The position numbers were made by a program, and so were the translations under genes. DNA of 64,000 nt from Azospirillum sp. 51_20 (GTDB lineage Bacteria; Pseudomonadota; Alphaproteobacteria; RF32; CAG-239). The notes below the pieces were generated by a model, which worked only from the letters and a program-made list of their open reading frames with translations, was not told where the DNA came from and did no database searches. Below, piece by piece: positions 9,710 through 19,365 of the stretch (position 1 is the stretch's first letter; each line of letters opens with the position of its first letter). The DNA is taken from contig MNTV01000026.1 of assembly GCA_001917175.1 (NCBI GenBank), positions 817-64,816 of the forward strand. Reading direction: 5' to 3'.

Positions 9710-10734
9710 TTATTTATACGACTGCCTGAGAATTTCAACACATTCATTTTCGTCAAGCGGCGCCGGATCCAGGGCGAAAAGGCCACCCATCGTTTCACGC
9801 GCAGTTTGCGCATAGCGGCGCAGATTGCCGCCGTCGATGCCGTAGTCGGACATTTTCAAATCATCGACGCCGCAGGCCTTTTGCAGATCAACCAGCGCGG
9901 CAACGAAATCCTCTGCCTTGTCAGCATCTTTTCGGCCCAGCGCTTTGGCCATTGCAACCATCCGCTCGTCACAGGCATGCTTGTCGACAAAAGTCTGATA
10001 ATAAGCGCGGCTGATCATGATCAACCCGGCGCCGTGCGGCAAATTCGGATGCCAGGCGGACAGCGCATGTTCCAGGCTGTGTTCGGAAATGCAGCAGGAA
10101 GTCGACTCGACCATGCCCGACAGGGTGTTGGCCAGCGCCACGTCGGCGCGCGCTTCCCGGTCGGAACCGTCTTTGACGGCTTTGGCCAGACTGCGGCCGA
10201 TCAGTTCGATCGCTTTTATGGCGTAAATGTCGCTTATCGGGGTGCTGCAGTTGGCAAGATAGCCCTCGGTGCTGTGAAAGAGGGCGTCAAACCCCTGATA
10301 AGCGGTCAGATGCGGCGGCACGGTCATCATCAGTTCGGGATCAACAATCGAGAGCACCGGAAAGACTTCCGGCCAGCCGGCACCGATCTTCTCATTGCTG
10401 TCTTCTTTGGTAATCACCGTCCACGGATCGGCTTCGGTACCGGTGCCCGCGGTAGTGGTTACCGCCACAACCGGCAGCGGCGAATTTGCCAACGGCTGCC
10501 CTTTGCCGGAACCGGCCGCAATATAATCCCAATAGTCGCCCGGATTGGCCGCCATTACGGCAATCGCCTTGGCGGCATCGATCGGCGACCCGCCGCCGAG
10601 ACCAAGCACAAAATCGCAGGCTTCCGCCCGGGCCAGGGCAGCGCCTTTTTGCCCGGCAGCTTCTGTTTGTGCAGATCGTTCAAACGGCCGGCACCGAACA
10701 AAATCCGGGTAGGAATATAATAGTCAAAATTCAT
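9710..10734 (-). pseudogene. iron-containing alcohol dehydrogenase, disrupted (internal deletion plus frameshift)
   Basis: The N-terminus MNFDYYIPTRILFGAGRLNDLHKQKLPGKKAL starts at ATG 10734 after AAGGAGG and runs into a stop at 10555. The rest (GAALARAEACDFVLGLGGGSPIDAAKAIA...) is in another frame (ORF 9710..10609). Only about 45 codons separate the start from GGGS, versus about 90 in the Fe-ADHs I recall. Confidence 0.7.
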
Positions 10735-11004
10735 CTTTAACCTCCTTTTACAATTGAGAAACTTTGGTTTCAGCATAGTGTCCCCTTTGTTCGTTGGCAA
10801 GCCGCAAAGGTATTTTTTCACCCGCAAACTTCCACCGGCCGGCGCAAGCGGCATTAACCGTTCCGAACGGGTTCGCCCGGCTCCAAAGTTTCGCAAGCCT
10901 TGCGGCCGCGCGGAAACTTCCGCATCCGCCCGCCCGTGCAGACGTCCGAATCATAAAAAAAAGCCCGCTCCCCGCAAGGAACGGACTTTTTATCAACCGG
11001 CGGC

Positions 11005-11307
11005 TCACAAAAGGCCGCTTTCTTTTTGCAAACGGACAATGTCCGTACAGTTATCACGCAGGGTGTCGTGTTTGTCCCACCCGGCCCGATGAATGTCAAT
11101 GCGGATTTCAAATGCTTTTTCCGCTTTGCCCGCGACAATCAGCATGTCCAGAGAATCGGCCCCCAGATCAGCCGGCCGGTCGGAAAGCTTCAGTTCGCAT
11201 TTTTCAAGCGACAACGCGTCAGTTACGAGGGGACAAAGCCTGGCAAACACTGCCTGAATTTCCTGCTCGCCGGCAGAAAATTCTTTGTCTTTTCTTTCTT
11301 TTCCCAT
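11005..11307 (-). CDS. acyl-carrier-protein-like protein (paralogue A)
   Basis: DLGADSLDMLIVAGKAEKAFEIRID contains the phosphopantetheine-serine motif LGADSLD. Helix II-like segment follows. Confidence 0.6.
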   Translation of the reverse strand: MGKERKDKEFSAGEQEIQAVFARLCPLVTDALSLEKCELKLSDRPADLGADSLDMLIVAGKAEKAFEIRIDIHRAGWDKHDTLRDNCTDIVRLQKESGLL

Positions 11308-11330
11308 AGGCAGACGATTAAACCGGCGGC

Positions 11331-11630
11331 TTACCGACGGTCGGTTTCACCTAACGTGCGGACAATGCCGGAACAGGTTTCGTACAAGGTGGAATTTTTG
11401 TCCCAGCCGTCGTTTTCATCAATATGAATTTCCAGCAGTTTGTCAACTTCCATCATCACATAGGCCATGTCCAGGGAATCGGCGCCCAAATCATCGCGCC
11501 AACAGGCGTCAAGCACAACGTCCTTCTCCTCGCATCCCACTTCTCTGACGATCACGCTTCTGATTTTGTCAAGCACGGTTTGAGCCTCTTCTCTGCTGAC
11601 CGCGGATTTTTTTGCATTACAGTTTTCCAT
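11331..11630 (-). CDS. acyl-carrier-protein-like protein (paralogue B)
   Basis: DLGADSLDMAYVMMEVDKLLEIHID. Shares GWDK...T.....C..IVR with paralogue A. Confidence 0.6.
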   Translation of the reverse strand: MENCNAKKSAVSREEAQTVLDKIRSVIVREVGCEEKDVVLDACWRDDLGADSLDMAYVMMEVDKLLEIHIDENDGWDKNSTLYETCSGIVRTLGETDRR

Positions 11631-11814
11631 AAAATTATATGATAAAAAATTATTTTCCCGTCAGATATAGCATGCCGGCCGCTTTTTGTCAACCCGGAAC
11701 CTCATTTTTCCGCTTAGACCGCCACTGAAAAAGGCGGCAAAAAGAATTTGCGTTTCGCCTTTTTTTGTGCTACTTTGGACAAAAATATCATATTAATGCA
11801 AACGGATTGCAACC

Positions 11815-13458
11815 ATGTCTGACCTGCAGAAAAATTTAACCGCGGCCGGAGCCTCTGCCGAATCGGCCGAAAAAATCGCCGGCATAATCAAAGCGGCGGC
11901 CCAAGCCGCCGCCCTCACCCCCGTTGAGCTTAACCGCTGTCTCCGCATCGGTGCGGACGAAGCCAGACGCATTTATTACTGGGAAAAGAAACATGCCCCG
12001 CTGCTGCCGGCCGGCGGCGGCGAACGGCTGAAAGAAATAAAAAAACTTTTTACCGACAGAGGCCTTGCCGCAGACGATGAACGTTTCAAACACATTTTGC
12101 TTGAAGCGCCGTCGCTTCTGTTTCTGCCGGCATCGACAATTGAAGACAACATCAAAAGCCTCTGCCGCTTTCCCGGACTGCCGGCAATCGACGAGGAAAC
12201 ATACCGCCGGGCGGCCCTGAAACAGCCGCGGCTGCTTTGTCTGCGGCCGCAGACGATTGCGGACAACATCCGCGGACTGGTCAATCACCCCGCACTTTGC
12301 GGACGCGAAGGCAAACCGCTGCTCAAATGCCGGGAATACATCGCGGCGGCCCTCAAACGCCCGCAGCTGCTTTACCAGTTGCCGGAAACGCTGGCTGCCA
12401 ACGTCAGCGGCGTCGTCAGCCATCCGGCGCTGAAAGACGATGACGGCAAACCGCTGTTTACAACGGAAACCTATCTGCAAACGGCGCTGAAAAAACCGCA
12501 GTTGTTTTTACACGCGCCGGAAACCGTGGTCGAACATGTTACGCGCTTTCTCCGGCATCCAGCCTTCGCCGACGAAAACGGCAACAGTCTGATCAAAGCC
12601 GGCGACTACCGCAAGGCGGTTCTCCGACACCCGGCGCTGCTGTTGCAAAATCCCGACCTGGCCGCCGCCAACATCAGCGGCGTCGTCAATCATCCGCTGC
12701 TGGCCGCCGCGGACGGCAGCCCCCTGACAAGCCGTGCCGAATATGTCAGGGCGGCTCTGAAACAGGCTTCGCTGTTTATCATTACGCCGGACACCGTGGT
12801 CGGAAAAATAAACGGCATCATCCGCCACCCGGATCTCAGCGGTACAGACGGCCGTCCCGTCATTGACAAGGCCGCCTGTCTGAAAGCGGCGCTGAAAATG
12901 CCGGCGCTGTTCGTCATTTTGCCGGAAACGATCGCCGCCAACGTCAACGGCGTCGTTCGTCATCCGGCACTGCAAAACGAACAGGGACAGCCGATGTTCA
13001 AACGCGAAGACTACATAAGAGCCGCGATCAGACAGCCCTCGCTGCTGGTACAGGCGCCGCAGACAGTAGCCGAACACGTAACAATCATCAAAGACCTGCT
13101 GCTTAAGGAGGAAATCTGCCCCGATACGGCGGCGGTCGCCGATTTCTGCCTGACCAACCCGATTACCATGGTGCTTGGCAGCGACAACCTGAAATCCCGC
13201 TATCTGTATGCTTACGCCAAGCGCCGCCGCGGGGAAAAGCCGGGCAAAAAAATCATTGCCGATACCAAGGGTAAAATGCGCGATTATCTGGCGCAAAGCG
13301 ACTTTTCCGCAGATTTGCCGGAACGCGACTATGAACGACTTTACCGGCGGCACCGGATCGTCGTTGCGGACGGACGGGCAAACGTGCTTGCGCCGCGGAC
13401 GGCTTCCGTTTACGGTATTGATATTATCCGCAGCCTCAGGGCGGGAAAAGAAAAATAA
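11815..13458 (+). CDS. tandem 45-residue helical-repeat protein (no family recognised)
   Basis: 547-aa ORF. Six consecutive 45-aa units of the form HPAL-x4-G-x-P-x7-Y-x2-AALK-x-P-x-LL-x3-PET-x-A-x-NV-x-GVV, preceded by two shorter degenerate units. Confidence 0.75.
   Translation: MSDLQKNLTAAGASAESAEKIAGIIKAAAQAAALTPVELNRCLRIGADEARRIYYWEKKHAPLLPAGGGERLKEIKKLFTDRGLAADDERFKHILLEAPSLLFLPASTIEDNIKSLCRFPGLPAIDEETYRRAALKQPRLLCLRPQTIADNIRGLVNHPALCGREGKPLLKCREYIAAALKRPQLLYQLPETLAANVSGVVSHPALKDDDGKPLFTTETYLQTALKKPQLFLHAPETVVEHVTRFLRHPAFADENGNSLIKAGDYRKAVLRHPALLLQNPDLAAANISGVVNHPLLAAADGSPLTSRAEYVRAALKQASLFIITPDTVVGKINGIIRHPDLSGTDGRPVIDKAACLKAALKMPALFVILPETIAANVNGVVRHPALQNEQGQPMFKREDYIRAAIRQPSLLVQAPQTVAEHVTIIKDLLLKEEICPDTAAVADFCLTNPITMVLGSDNLKSRYLYAYAKRRRGEKPGKKIIADTKGKMRDYLAQSDFSADLPERDYERLYRRHRIVVADGRANVLAPRTASVYGIDIIRSLRAGKEK
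12286..13095 (+). repeat. 6 x 135-nt (45-codon) in-frame tandem repeat array, diverged
   Basis: Units begin HPALCGREG, HPALKDDDG, HPAFADENG, HPLLAAADG, HPDLSGTDG and HPALQNEQG at exact 45-codon spacing, starting at residue 158. Confidence 0.85.
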
Positions 13459-13498
13459 CCGCCCTAAAAAAGAAAAATCCCCTTATTGCACAAAAAAA

Positions 13499-13533
13499 CT
13501 TCCGCCGTCCTTTTCGGACGCGGAAGCTTTTTT
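13499..13533. terminator. bidirectional rho-independent terminator
   Basis: cttccgccgtcc/ggacgcggaag stem (one bulge), flanked by an A-run and a T-run. Lies between convergent genes ending at 13458 (+) and 13550 (-). Confidence 0.7.
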
Positions 13534-13549
13534 CATAACGGAAAGAATT

Positions 13550-14419
13550 TCAGCCGACAAAGAAAGCTTTTCCGGCACCGGCATCAAACACCTTGTTGCC
13601 GACGGCGATTACCGCCCGGTCAAACAATTCTATTTCACCATACTCCTCAACGCATTTTTCCCCGTCAAAAAGAATCAGCGTGCCGTTTTTGTCGCTGTCC
13701 CGGTCATAAACCAGCACCGCCGGCAGATCGAAATTTTCCGGCAGACAGTCAGAGCCTTCGTAAACCTTTTTCCACGCGTCGCCGGCGGCAAACAGCAAAA
13801 CGCTGCCGCCTCTCACCTGCAGTTTCCGATATCCGCCCTGCGGACCGGCCTTGATGCGGTAGCCGTCGCAAAACAGGTCACAGCGGCCGTCCGGATACTG
13901 CGCAATGCTTGTTTTTCCGTCCGCAGCCGGCGTGAAAGAAACGTATTTGCGCGTTTCAAAAGCGTCCGTTTCCTCATCAAGGGCGGAAACGTTCCAGCCG
14001 CCGCTTTCCGGACGCTCGCCGAAAACGTCGCCGGCAAGGATTTTTTTACCCAGATAAATATCGCCCAAAAACATTTCCCGGCCGTTTTCCAGCTTCTGTT
14101 TTCCCGGCCGGTGATTGAGCCAAAACCAGCCGTCGGTCAGATGATATACAAAATCGGCGCCGAAAAGCTTAAACTCAAAAACGTCGCGCGGACCGCAAAC
14201 CAACGGTCCCGTCAGATTCCGACAGGGAAAATAAAAAAGGTCGAACACGCGGTCTTTTTTGCGCATCACGGCAACCGCCGCGTTTGCAAACTGCCAGTAG
14301 TTCAAACCGGACGAAACTTCGCACTCTGCCGCAGCCGTCGTTTTTTTCATCAGCAAACGGCAGCGCACTTCCCGGTTGTCATTCTCTTTTTCCAGTCTTA
14401 CATTGTTTCCGTAAATCAT
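13550..14419 (-). CDS. hypothetical protein
   Basis: 289-aa ORF with normal amino-acid composition. The overlapping + ORF 13208..14437 is R/K/F-rich and looks like a shadow. No family recognised. Confidence 0.55.
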   Translation of the reverse strand: MIYGNNVRLEKENDNREVRCRLLMKKTTAAAECEVSSGLNYWQFANAAVAVMRKKDRVFDLFYFPCRNLTGPLVCGPRDVFEFKLFGADFVYHLTDGWFWLNHRPGKQKLENGREMFLGDIYLGKKILAGDVFGERPESGGWNVSALDEETDAFETRKYVSFTPAADGKTSIAQYPDGRCDLFCDGYRIKAGPQGGYRKLQVRGGSVLLFAAGDAWKKVYEGSDCLPENFDLPAVLVYDRDSDKNGTLILFDGEKCVEEYGEIELFDRAVIAVGNKVFDAGAGKAFFVG

Positions 14420-14515
14420 AAGTTTTGTTATTTTTAATAATTAAACATAAAATATTATCGCGGACGGGAATTTAACAAAAAATTTCCGTCTTGGCAAGCA
14501 AATACATTCCGTTTT

Positions 14516-14986
14516 TCAAACCGTCAGCCGGGCAGTCTTCAGGCCGACGATTTCCTCCAGCGCGGCGAGCGGCGCCTCAATCTGAAAACCGATTTTGCCG
14601 GCACTGAAAATGATCGTCGCAAAGTCCGCGGCGGTTTCGTCGGCAAATGTCGGAAACGGCTTTTTCATCCCGAGCGGCGAACAACCGCCGTGAACATAGC
14701 CGGTCAGGCCGAGAAGCTCTTTTGACTTGACCATCTCGACCGACTTTTCGCCGGCGGCGGCCGCCGCTTTTTTCAGATCCAGCTCTTCCGCCACCGGAAT
14801 CATAAAGACATAATGCTGATGCGACTTTCCGACCGTCACCAGGGTTTTAAACACCTGCTTCGGGTTCTGGCCGAGCGCCGTCGCCACTTCTATCCCGCTC
14901 AAGGCCCGGCTGCCGTCATAACTGTAGGATCGGTAGTCAATCTTATGCCGGTCGAGTATCCGCATGGCGTTGGTTTTGCTTTCCAT
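14516..14986 (-). CDS. ybaK: Cys-tRNA(Pro)/Cys-tRNA(Cys) deacylase, YbaK/EbsC family
   Basis: MRILDRHKIDYRSYSYD...HYVFMIPVAEELDLKKAA...GYVHGGCSPLGMKK. Typical 156-aa length. Confidence 0.8.
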   Translation of the reverse strand: MESKTNAMRILDRHKIDYRSYSYDGSRALSGIEVATALGQNPKQVFKTLVTVGKSHQHYVFMIPVAEELDLKKAAAAAGEKSVEMVKSKELLGLTGYVHGGCSPLGMKKPFPTFADETAADFATIIFSAGKIGFQIEAPLAALEEIVGLKTARLTV

Positions 14987-15000
14987 CGTTTCCTCTCTTT

Positions 15001-15642
15001 TTAATTTTCCACCCGTATGGTCAGCGCCGGGAACAACTCGTCGTCACTGCCGAAGTGGCTGAAACGGATGTCTCCGGCAGCGTCCGCCGTCAGCAGCGAT
15101 TTGAAGGGACGCGCTTCCCGCCGGCCCTCAAAAGAATAGCGGTGATAAGACTGTTCCGTATCGTTAAGCAGAAGAAAACTCAGGCTGCCGAACAACGGTT
15201 TTCTGACCGTCAGCACACCGTTTTCGGCCGTCGAAATTTTTACGACGGTCAATCCGGGGAACAGCTTTTCCACCTCTTCGGGCGACAATTTACGCACCTT
15301 GAAAGCGTTGTCGCGATATACCGTTTCGGTAAAATACAGATCGTTTTGGTTATATCCGATCAAACGGCCGTTTAACAGAAACTCATAGGTCGAAGCGGGC
15401 GAAAAGCCTGCTTTCCTTGCCGTATATTGCGAATAACTGCCCGTACCCGGCGAAACGGACCTGGTAAACACCGTGCGGTCTTCCGCCATGCCGCCTTCCG
15501 ACCAGACGCCGGCCGCAGGAGAATAGACCACCTGCGCCCTGTCCCCGACCGCTGCTGCCGTCACCTCCGGCGGCAGCCGGTAACCGGCGGCGCAGCCGCT
15601 TAAAAAACAAAGGCACATCCCTGTGAAAAAAACGTTTTTCAT
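15001..15642 (-). CDS. hypothetical lipoprotein
   Basis: Lipobox signal: MKNVFFTGMCLCFLSGC. Confidence 0.6.
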   Translation of the reverse strand: MKNVFFTGMCLCFLSGCAAGYRLPPEVTAAAVGDRAQVVYSPAAGVWSEGGMAEDRTVFTRSVSPGTGSYSQYTARKAGFSPASTYEFLLNGRLIGYNQNDLYFTETVYRDNAFKVRKLSPEEVEKLFPGLTVVKISTAENGVLTVRKPLFGSLSFLLLNDTEQSYHRYSFEGRREARPFKSLLTADAAGDIRFSHFGSDDELFPALTIRVEN

Positions 15643-15781
15643 TTACACCCCTCCGCAAACTTTGCGCATTAAAACTTTCATTGTATACAATTAAACCCAA
15701 TATCTATGAGATTCAATAATTTTGTAGAGGTTGTATTGCAGGAGACGCACAACATATTAATTTTCTAAAAGGAGGAAGACC

Positions 15782-15970
15782 ATGAATGAATTGCACTTTC
15801 TGATTCATAACCTTTCCGATCTGGCACCGAACCACGACCGCCGCCCTCATTGCCGGGTCGTCGACATTCTGGTGGAAAACTGGGCGGGCGGACAATACAT
15901 CACCTACAATTACCGGGAACACATCATGCGGATCAGACGCCGACCGGAAACGGCCGTTGTCAAAAACTGA
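15782..15970 (+). CDS. hypothetical small protein
   Basis: 62 codons with a strong RBS (AAAGGAGGAAGACC-ATG). Confidence 0.45.
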   Translation: MNELHFLIHNLSDLAPNHDRRPHCRVVDILVENWAGGQYITYNYREHIMRIRRRPETAVVKN

Positions 15971-16131
15971 GACAAACGCGCGCCGCCGTTCCGCACGGCG
16001 GACAAAAAGGCAAAGTGTACTTATTTTTGGTTACCCCGCACCGACTTTTACCTACTACCGCAATTTTGCGACCATGGTATAGTTCGTTTTGTGATTGCCA
16101 TAACTTAACCGAAAAAGGAGGGTATTAAAAA

Positions 16132-16365
16132 ATGGGACAGGCGATAAAGAAAAAGACGATTCCGGGAAACGACGACGAGCGCGACATCATGCTCATCGGG
16201 AAAATTTACAAAAGTTTCGAGGCTCTGGAAGAAACGCTCGGAAAGCTGCAGCTTGAAGAGCCTCTGTTTATTACCTACATGGCAAAGAAGTCTTTTGCCG
16301 ACACCGTTTTTTCACAAATCAAACATAATAACGAAAAAACGCAGATTCAACGTTTCATCAACTGA
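16132..16365 (+). CDS. hypothetical small protein
   Basis: 77 codons with RBS AAAAGGAGGG 9 nt upstream of the ATG. Confidence 0.5.
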   Translation: MGQAIKKKTIPGNDDERDIMLIGKIYKSFEALEETLGKLQLEEPLFITYMAKKSFADTVFSQIKHNNEKTQIQRFIN

Positions 16366-16367
16366 AA

Positions 16368-17753
16368 TCAGCATTTTTTCCAGGTGGTGCCGGAAGGCGT
16401 GTCCTCCAGCACAATGCCCGCAGATTTCAACTGATTGCGGATTTCGTCCGCCCGCGCATAGTTCTTTTCCTTTTTGGCAAGGGCGCGCTCTTCTATCAAA
16501 CGGTTGATCTCATTCTCGTCGAGCGGTCCGCCGGCCCCCTGCTTAAACCAGCTTTCGGGATCCTGATACAAAAGGCCGAGAACGGCAGCCGAGGCGACGA
16601 GCTTTGACTTGGCTTCCCTGCGCTCTTCCGCGCTTTCCGCCTTATTCAGGGTGTTGACCAACTCGTGGAGAACCGACAAGGCCAGCGGCGTGTTGAGGTC
16701 GTCGCAAAGAGCTTCCATCACTCTGGCATCCGGACCTACGCCGGCATCAACCTTGATATCTGCCGTTTTGAGCAAAGCGTTGTAAAACTTGTCCAAAACC
16801 GTTTTTGCCTGTTTCAGCCCGTCAAAAGTGAAATTGAACGGCTGATGATAATGGGTGCCGATAAACAGCAGCCGGAGAGCTTCCGCCGGATATTCTCCGA
16901 TCAGCTGGTTAACGGTATAAAAATTGCCGAGCGATTTGGACATTTTGACTCCGTCCACCATCAGCATGCCGGCATGCACCCAGTAACGGGCAAAAGTGTC
17001 GTTCGGATGGGCGCACATCGACTGCGCGCATTCGTTCTCATGGTGAGGGAAAATCAGATCCGATCCGCCGCCGTGAATGTCAAACGAATTACCGAGATAT
17101 TTTGAACTCATGGCCGAACATTCCAGATGCCAGCCCGGACGGCCGTAGCCCCAGGGGCTGTCCCAGCCGGGCTGCCCGGCTGCCGACGGCTTCCACAAAA
17201 TGAAGTCGGCCGGATTTTTCTTGTAACCGGCCACCTCAATCCGCGCGCCGGCCAGCATTTCCTTCATGCTGCGGCCGGAAAGGAAACCGTAGTTTTTCAT
17301 CGAATCGACGGAAAACAAAACGTGCCCGTCGGCCTCATAGGCATGGCCGTTTTTAAGCAGCAGTTCGACCAGCTCAATCATCTCGTTGACAAACTCGGTC
17401 GCCCGCGGACGAAAATCGGGATCGGCCACGTTCAGCGCATGCATGTCGTCCAGATACCACTGATAGGTTTCCCGGGTGATTTCACTGATCGGCTTGCCGG
17501 TTTCCTGATGTTTGTTCAAAATCTTGTCGTCAATGTCGGTAATGTTGGAAACGTAAGTTACGTGGTCTTTGCCGTAAACCTCGCGCAAAACCCGGTTGAG
17601 CACGTCAAAAACCACCGCCGACTTGGCGTTGCCGAGGTGCGCGCGGTCATAAACCGTCGGCCCGCAGACATACATGCGAACGTTGTTTTCATCCAACGGA
17701 ACAAATTTCTCCTTGCGGCGTGTCAACGTATTGTGCAGATACATTTCCGGCAT
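16368..17753 (-). CDS. cysS: cysteine--tRNA ligase
   Basis: Class I signatures: CGPTVYDRAHLGNA (HIGH-type) and KMSKSLGN. 461 aa. Confidence 0.97.
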   Translation of the reverse strand: MPEMYLHNTLTRRKEKFVPLDENNVRMYVCGPTVYDRAHLGNAKSAVVFDVLNRVLREVYGKDHVTYVSNITDIDDKILNKHQETGKPISEITRETYQWYLDDMHALNVADPDFRPRATEFVNEMIELVELLLKNGHAYEADGHVLFSVDSMKNYGFLSGRSMKEMLAGARIEVAGYKKNPADFILWKPSAAGQPGWDSPWGYGRPGWHLECSAMSSKYLGNSFDIHGGGSDLIFPHHENECAQSMCAHPNDTFARYWVHAGMLMVDGVKMSKSLGNFYTVNQLIGEYPAEALRLLFIGTHYHQPFNFTFDGLKQAKTVLDKFYNALLKTADIKVDAGVGPDARVMEALCDDLNTPLALSVLHELVNTLNKAESAEERREAKSKLVASAAVLGLLYQDPESWFKQGAGGPLDENEINRLIEERALAKKEKNYARADEIRNQLKSAGIVLEDTPSGTTWKKC

Positions 17754-17765
17754 TTTTTTCTCCTT

Positions 17766-19088
17766 TTATGCATATTCGCCGTTCAAGCGGCGGAAAACCC
17801 GTTCGCGCCCGATCAACGGCAGTAAAATTTTCAGTTCGGGACCGTCTTCCGTCCCGGTAATCGCTTTGCGCAGCGGGTGAAACAAAGCTTTTCCCTTGCG
17901 GCCGGTGCGCTCTTTTACCGCATTTGTCCAGACGGCAAAGGTTTCCTCGTTCCACGGCTCGGGCGGCAACAATTCGGCGGCGGCGGACGTCAGTTCCCTG
18001 TCTTCCAGTTCGGGTCGAACCGGCCGACGGCAGATTCCCCGCCATATTTCACTGTCTGTTACAATATTCAGATTGCCGCGGATGGCATTCCAAAACTCCC
18101 TGTCTACATTCACCCGGCCTTTTACCGCTTCATAATCCAGCCCGCGAACCAGGTGGGTGTTGAAGCGGCGCAGGTCGTCTTCCGAAAACTTCGGCTGCGA
18201 ACGCCCCAGCCTGGCAAGATCCAGACTTTCCGCAAGGCTGCACAGGTCGGCAAAAGGTTCCACCGCTTCCGAAGTGCCCAGCTTGGCAAGATAAGAACAA
18301 ATTGCCATCGCTTCAACGCCTTCCGCCCGCAATTCGGCAACGCCGACGGAACCCAGACGTTTGGAAAGTTTTCCCTCCCTGCCGGTCAAAAGCGGCAGGT
18401 GGGCAAACGACGGCACCCGGCCGCCGACCGCCTCAAACATCCGTATCTGCGACGCGGTATTGGTCACGTGGTCTTCGCCGCGGACAATATGTGTGATTGC
18501 AAAGTCCGTATCGTCGACAACAGAAGGCAGATGGTATAAATAACTTCCGTCTTCACGAATTACAACGGGGTCGCTCAAATTTTCCGCCGAATAATGGCAG
18601 CGGCCGCGCACCATATCTTTCCAGACGATGTCGCCGGGCGCCAGTTTAAAACGGTAATGAGGCCGGCGGCCTTCCTTTTCATAAGCGGCAATTTGTTCTT
18701 TCGTCAAACTCAGGGCACGGCGGTCATAAATCGGCGGGCGACCCTTGGCCAGCAGTGTTTTGCGCATCAGTTCCAGTTCTTCCGGCGTTTCGTAACAAGG
18801 GTAAACCAATCCTTCCGCAATCAGTTTTGCCGTCACTTCCCGGTAACGTTCCGTCCGCGCGGACTGCCGGGCTTCGCTCGACCACACCAGTCCCAGCCAC
18901 TGCAGGGCGTCGCGTATTTCCGCTTCATATTCTTTTTTGGAGCGTTCCTTATCGGTATCGTCGATCCGTAGCATAAAGCTTCCGCCCAGCTTTTGCGCCA
19001 GCAGCCAGTTGAACAGCGCGGTTCTGGTATTGCCGATATGCATGTGCCCGGTCGGCGACGGCGCGAATCTGACTTTGACTTCTGACAT
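17766..19088 (-). CDS. gltX: glutamate--tRNA ligase
   Basis: RFAPSPTGHMHIGNTRTALFNWL (HIGH) and KLSKRLG (KMSKS). 440 aa. Sits 12 nt upstream of cysS. Confidence 0.95.
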   Translation of the reverse strand: MSEVKVRFAPSPTGHMHIGNTRTALFNWLLAQKLGGSFMLRIDDTDKERSKKEYEAEIRDALQWLGLVWSSEARQSARTERYREVTAKLIAEGLVYPCYETPEELELMRKTLLAKGRPPIYDRRALSLTKEQIAAYEKEGRRPHYRFKLAPGDIVWKDMVRGRCHYSAENLSDPVVIREDGSYLYHLPSVVDDTDFAITHIVRGEDHVTNTASQIRMFEAVGGRVPSFAHLPLLTGREGKLSKRLGSVGVAELRAEGVEAMAICSYLAKLGTSEAVEPFADLCSLAESLDLARLGRSQPKFSEDDLRRFNTHLVRGLDYEAVKGRVNVDREFWNAIRGNLNIVTDSEIWRGICRRPVRPELEDRELTSAAAELLPPEPWNEETFAVWTNAVKERTGRKGKALFHPLRKAITGTEDGPELKILLPLIGRERVFRRLNGEYA

Positions 19089-19365
19089 TTGAAATTATTC
19101 CCCGATAAATTTGAACAATTGCCGAGTATATAAGCATACCCCGCAGATTTCAAGACTTTTTTACCCCCTCGGCGGCAACGGCAAAACAAAATCCGCCGGC
19201 ATAACAAAGCCTTTGCGAATATAACCGGTTACGCCGAGTATTTTCAAACCCCGTTCCCGTCGCCGCGGCGACGCAGCCTTTTTCCCGGCGGCACCGGGTA
19301 CCGACGGCCGATACAAACGTCATCAACCGTTCTGAATATCGAAAAACCGGCCGCACAAGCTTGAA

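Noticed and set aside
13208-14437. 409-codon + strand ORF, the longest ORF in this interval
   Set aside because: It is R/K/F-rich with junk-like composition and runs straight through the bidirectional terminator at 13499-13533. It is antisense to the better-looking 13550..14419 ORF, so I treat it as a high-GC shadow ORF.
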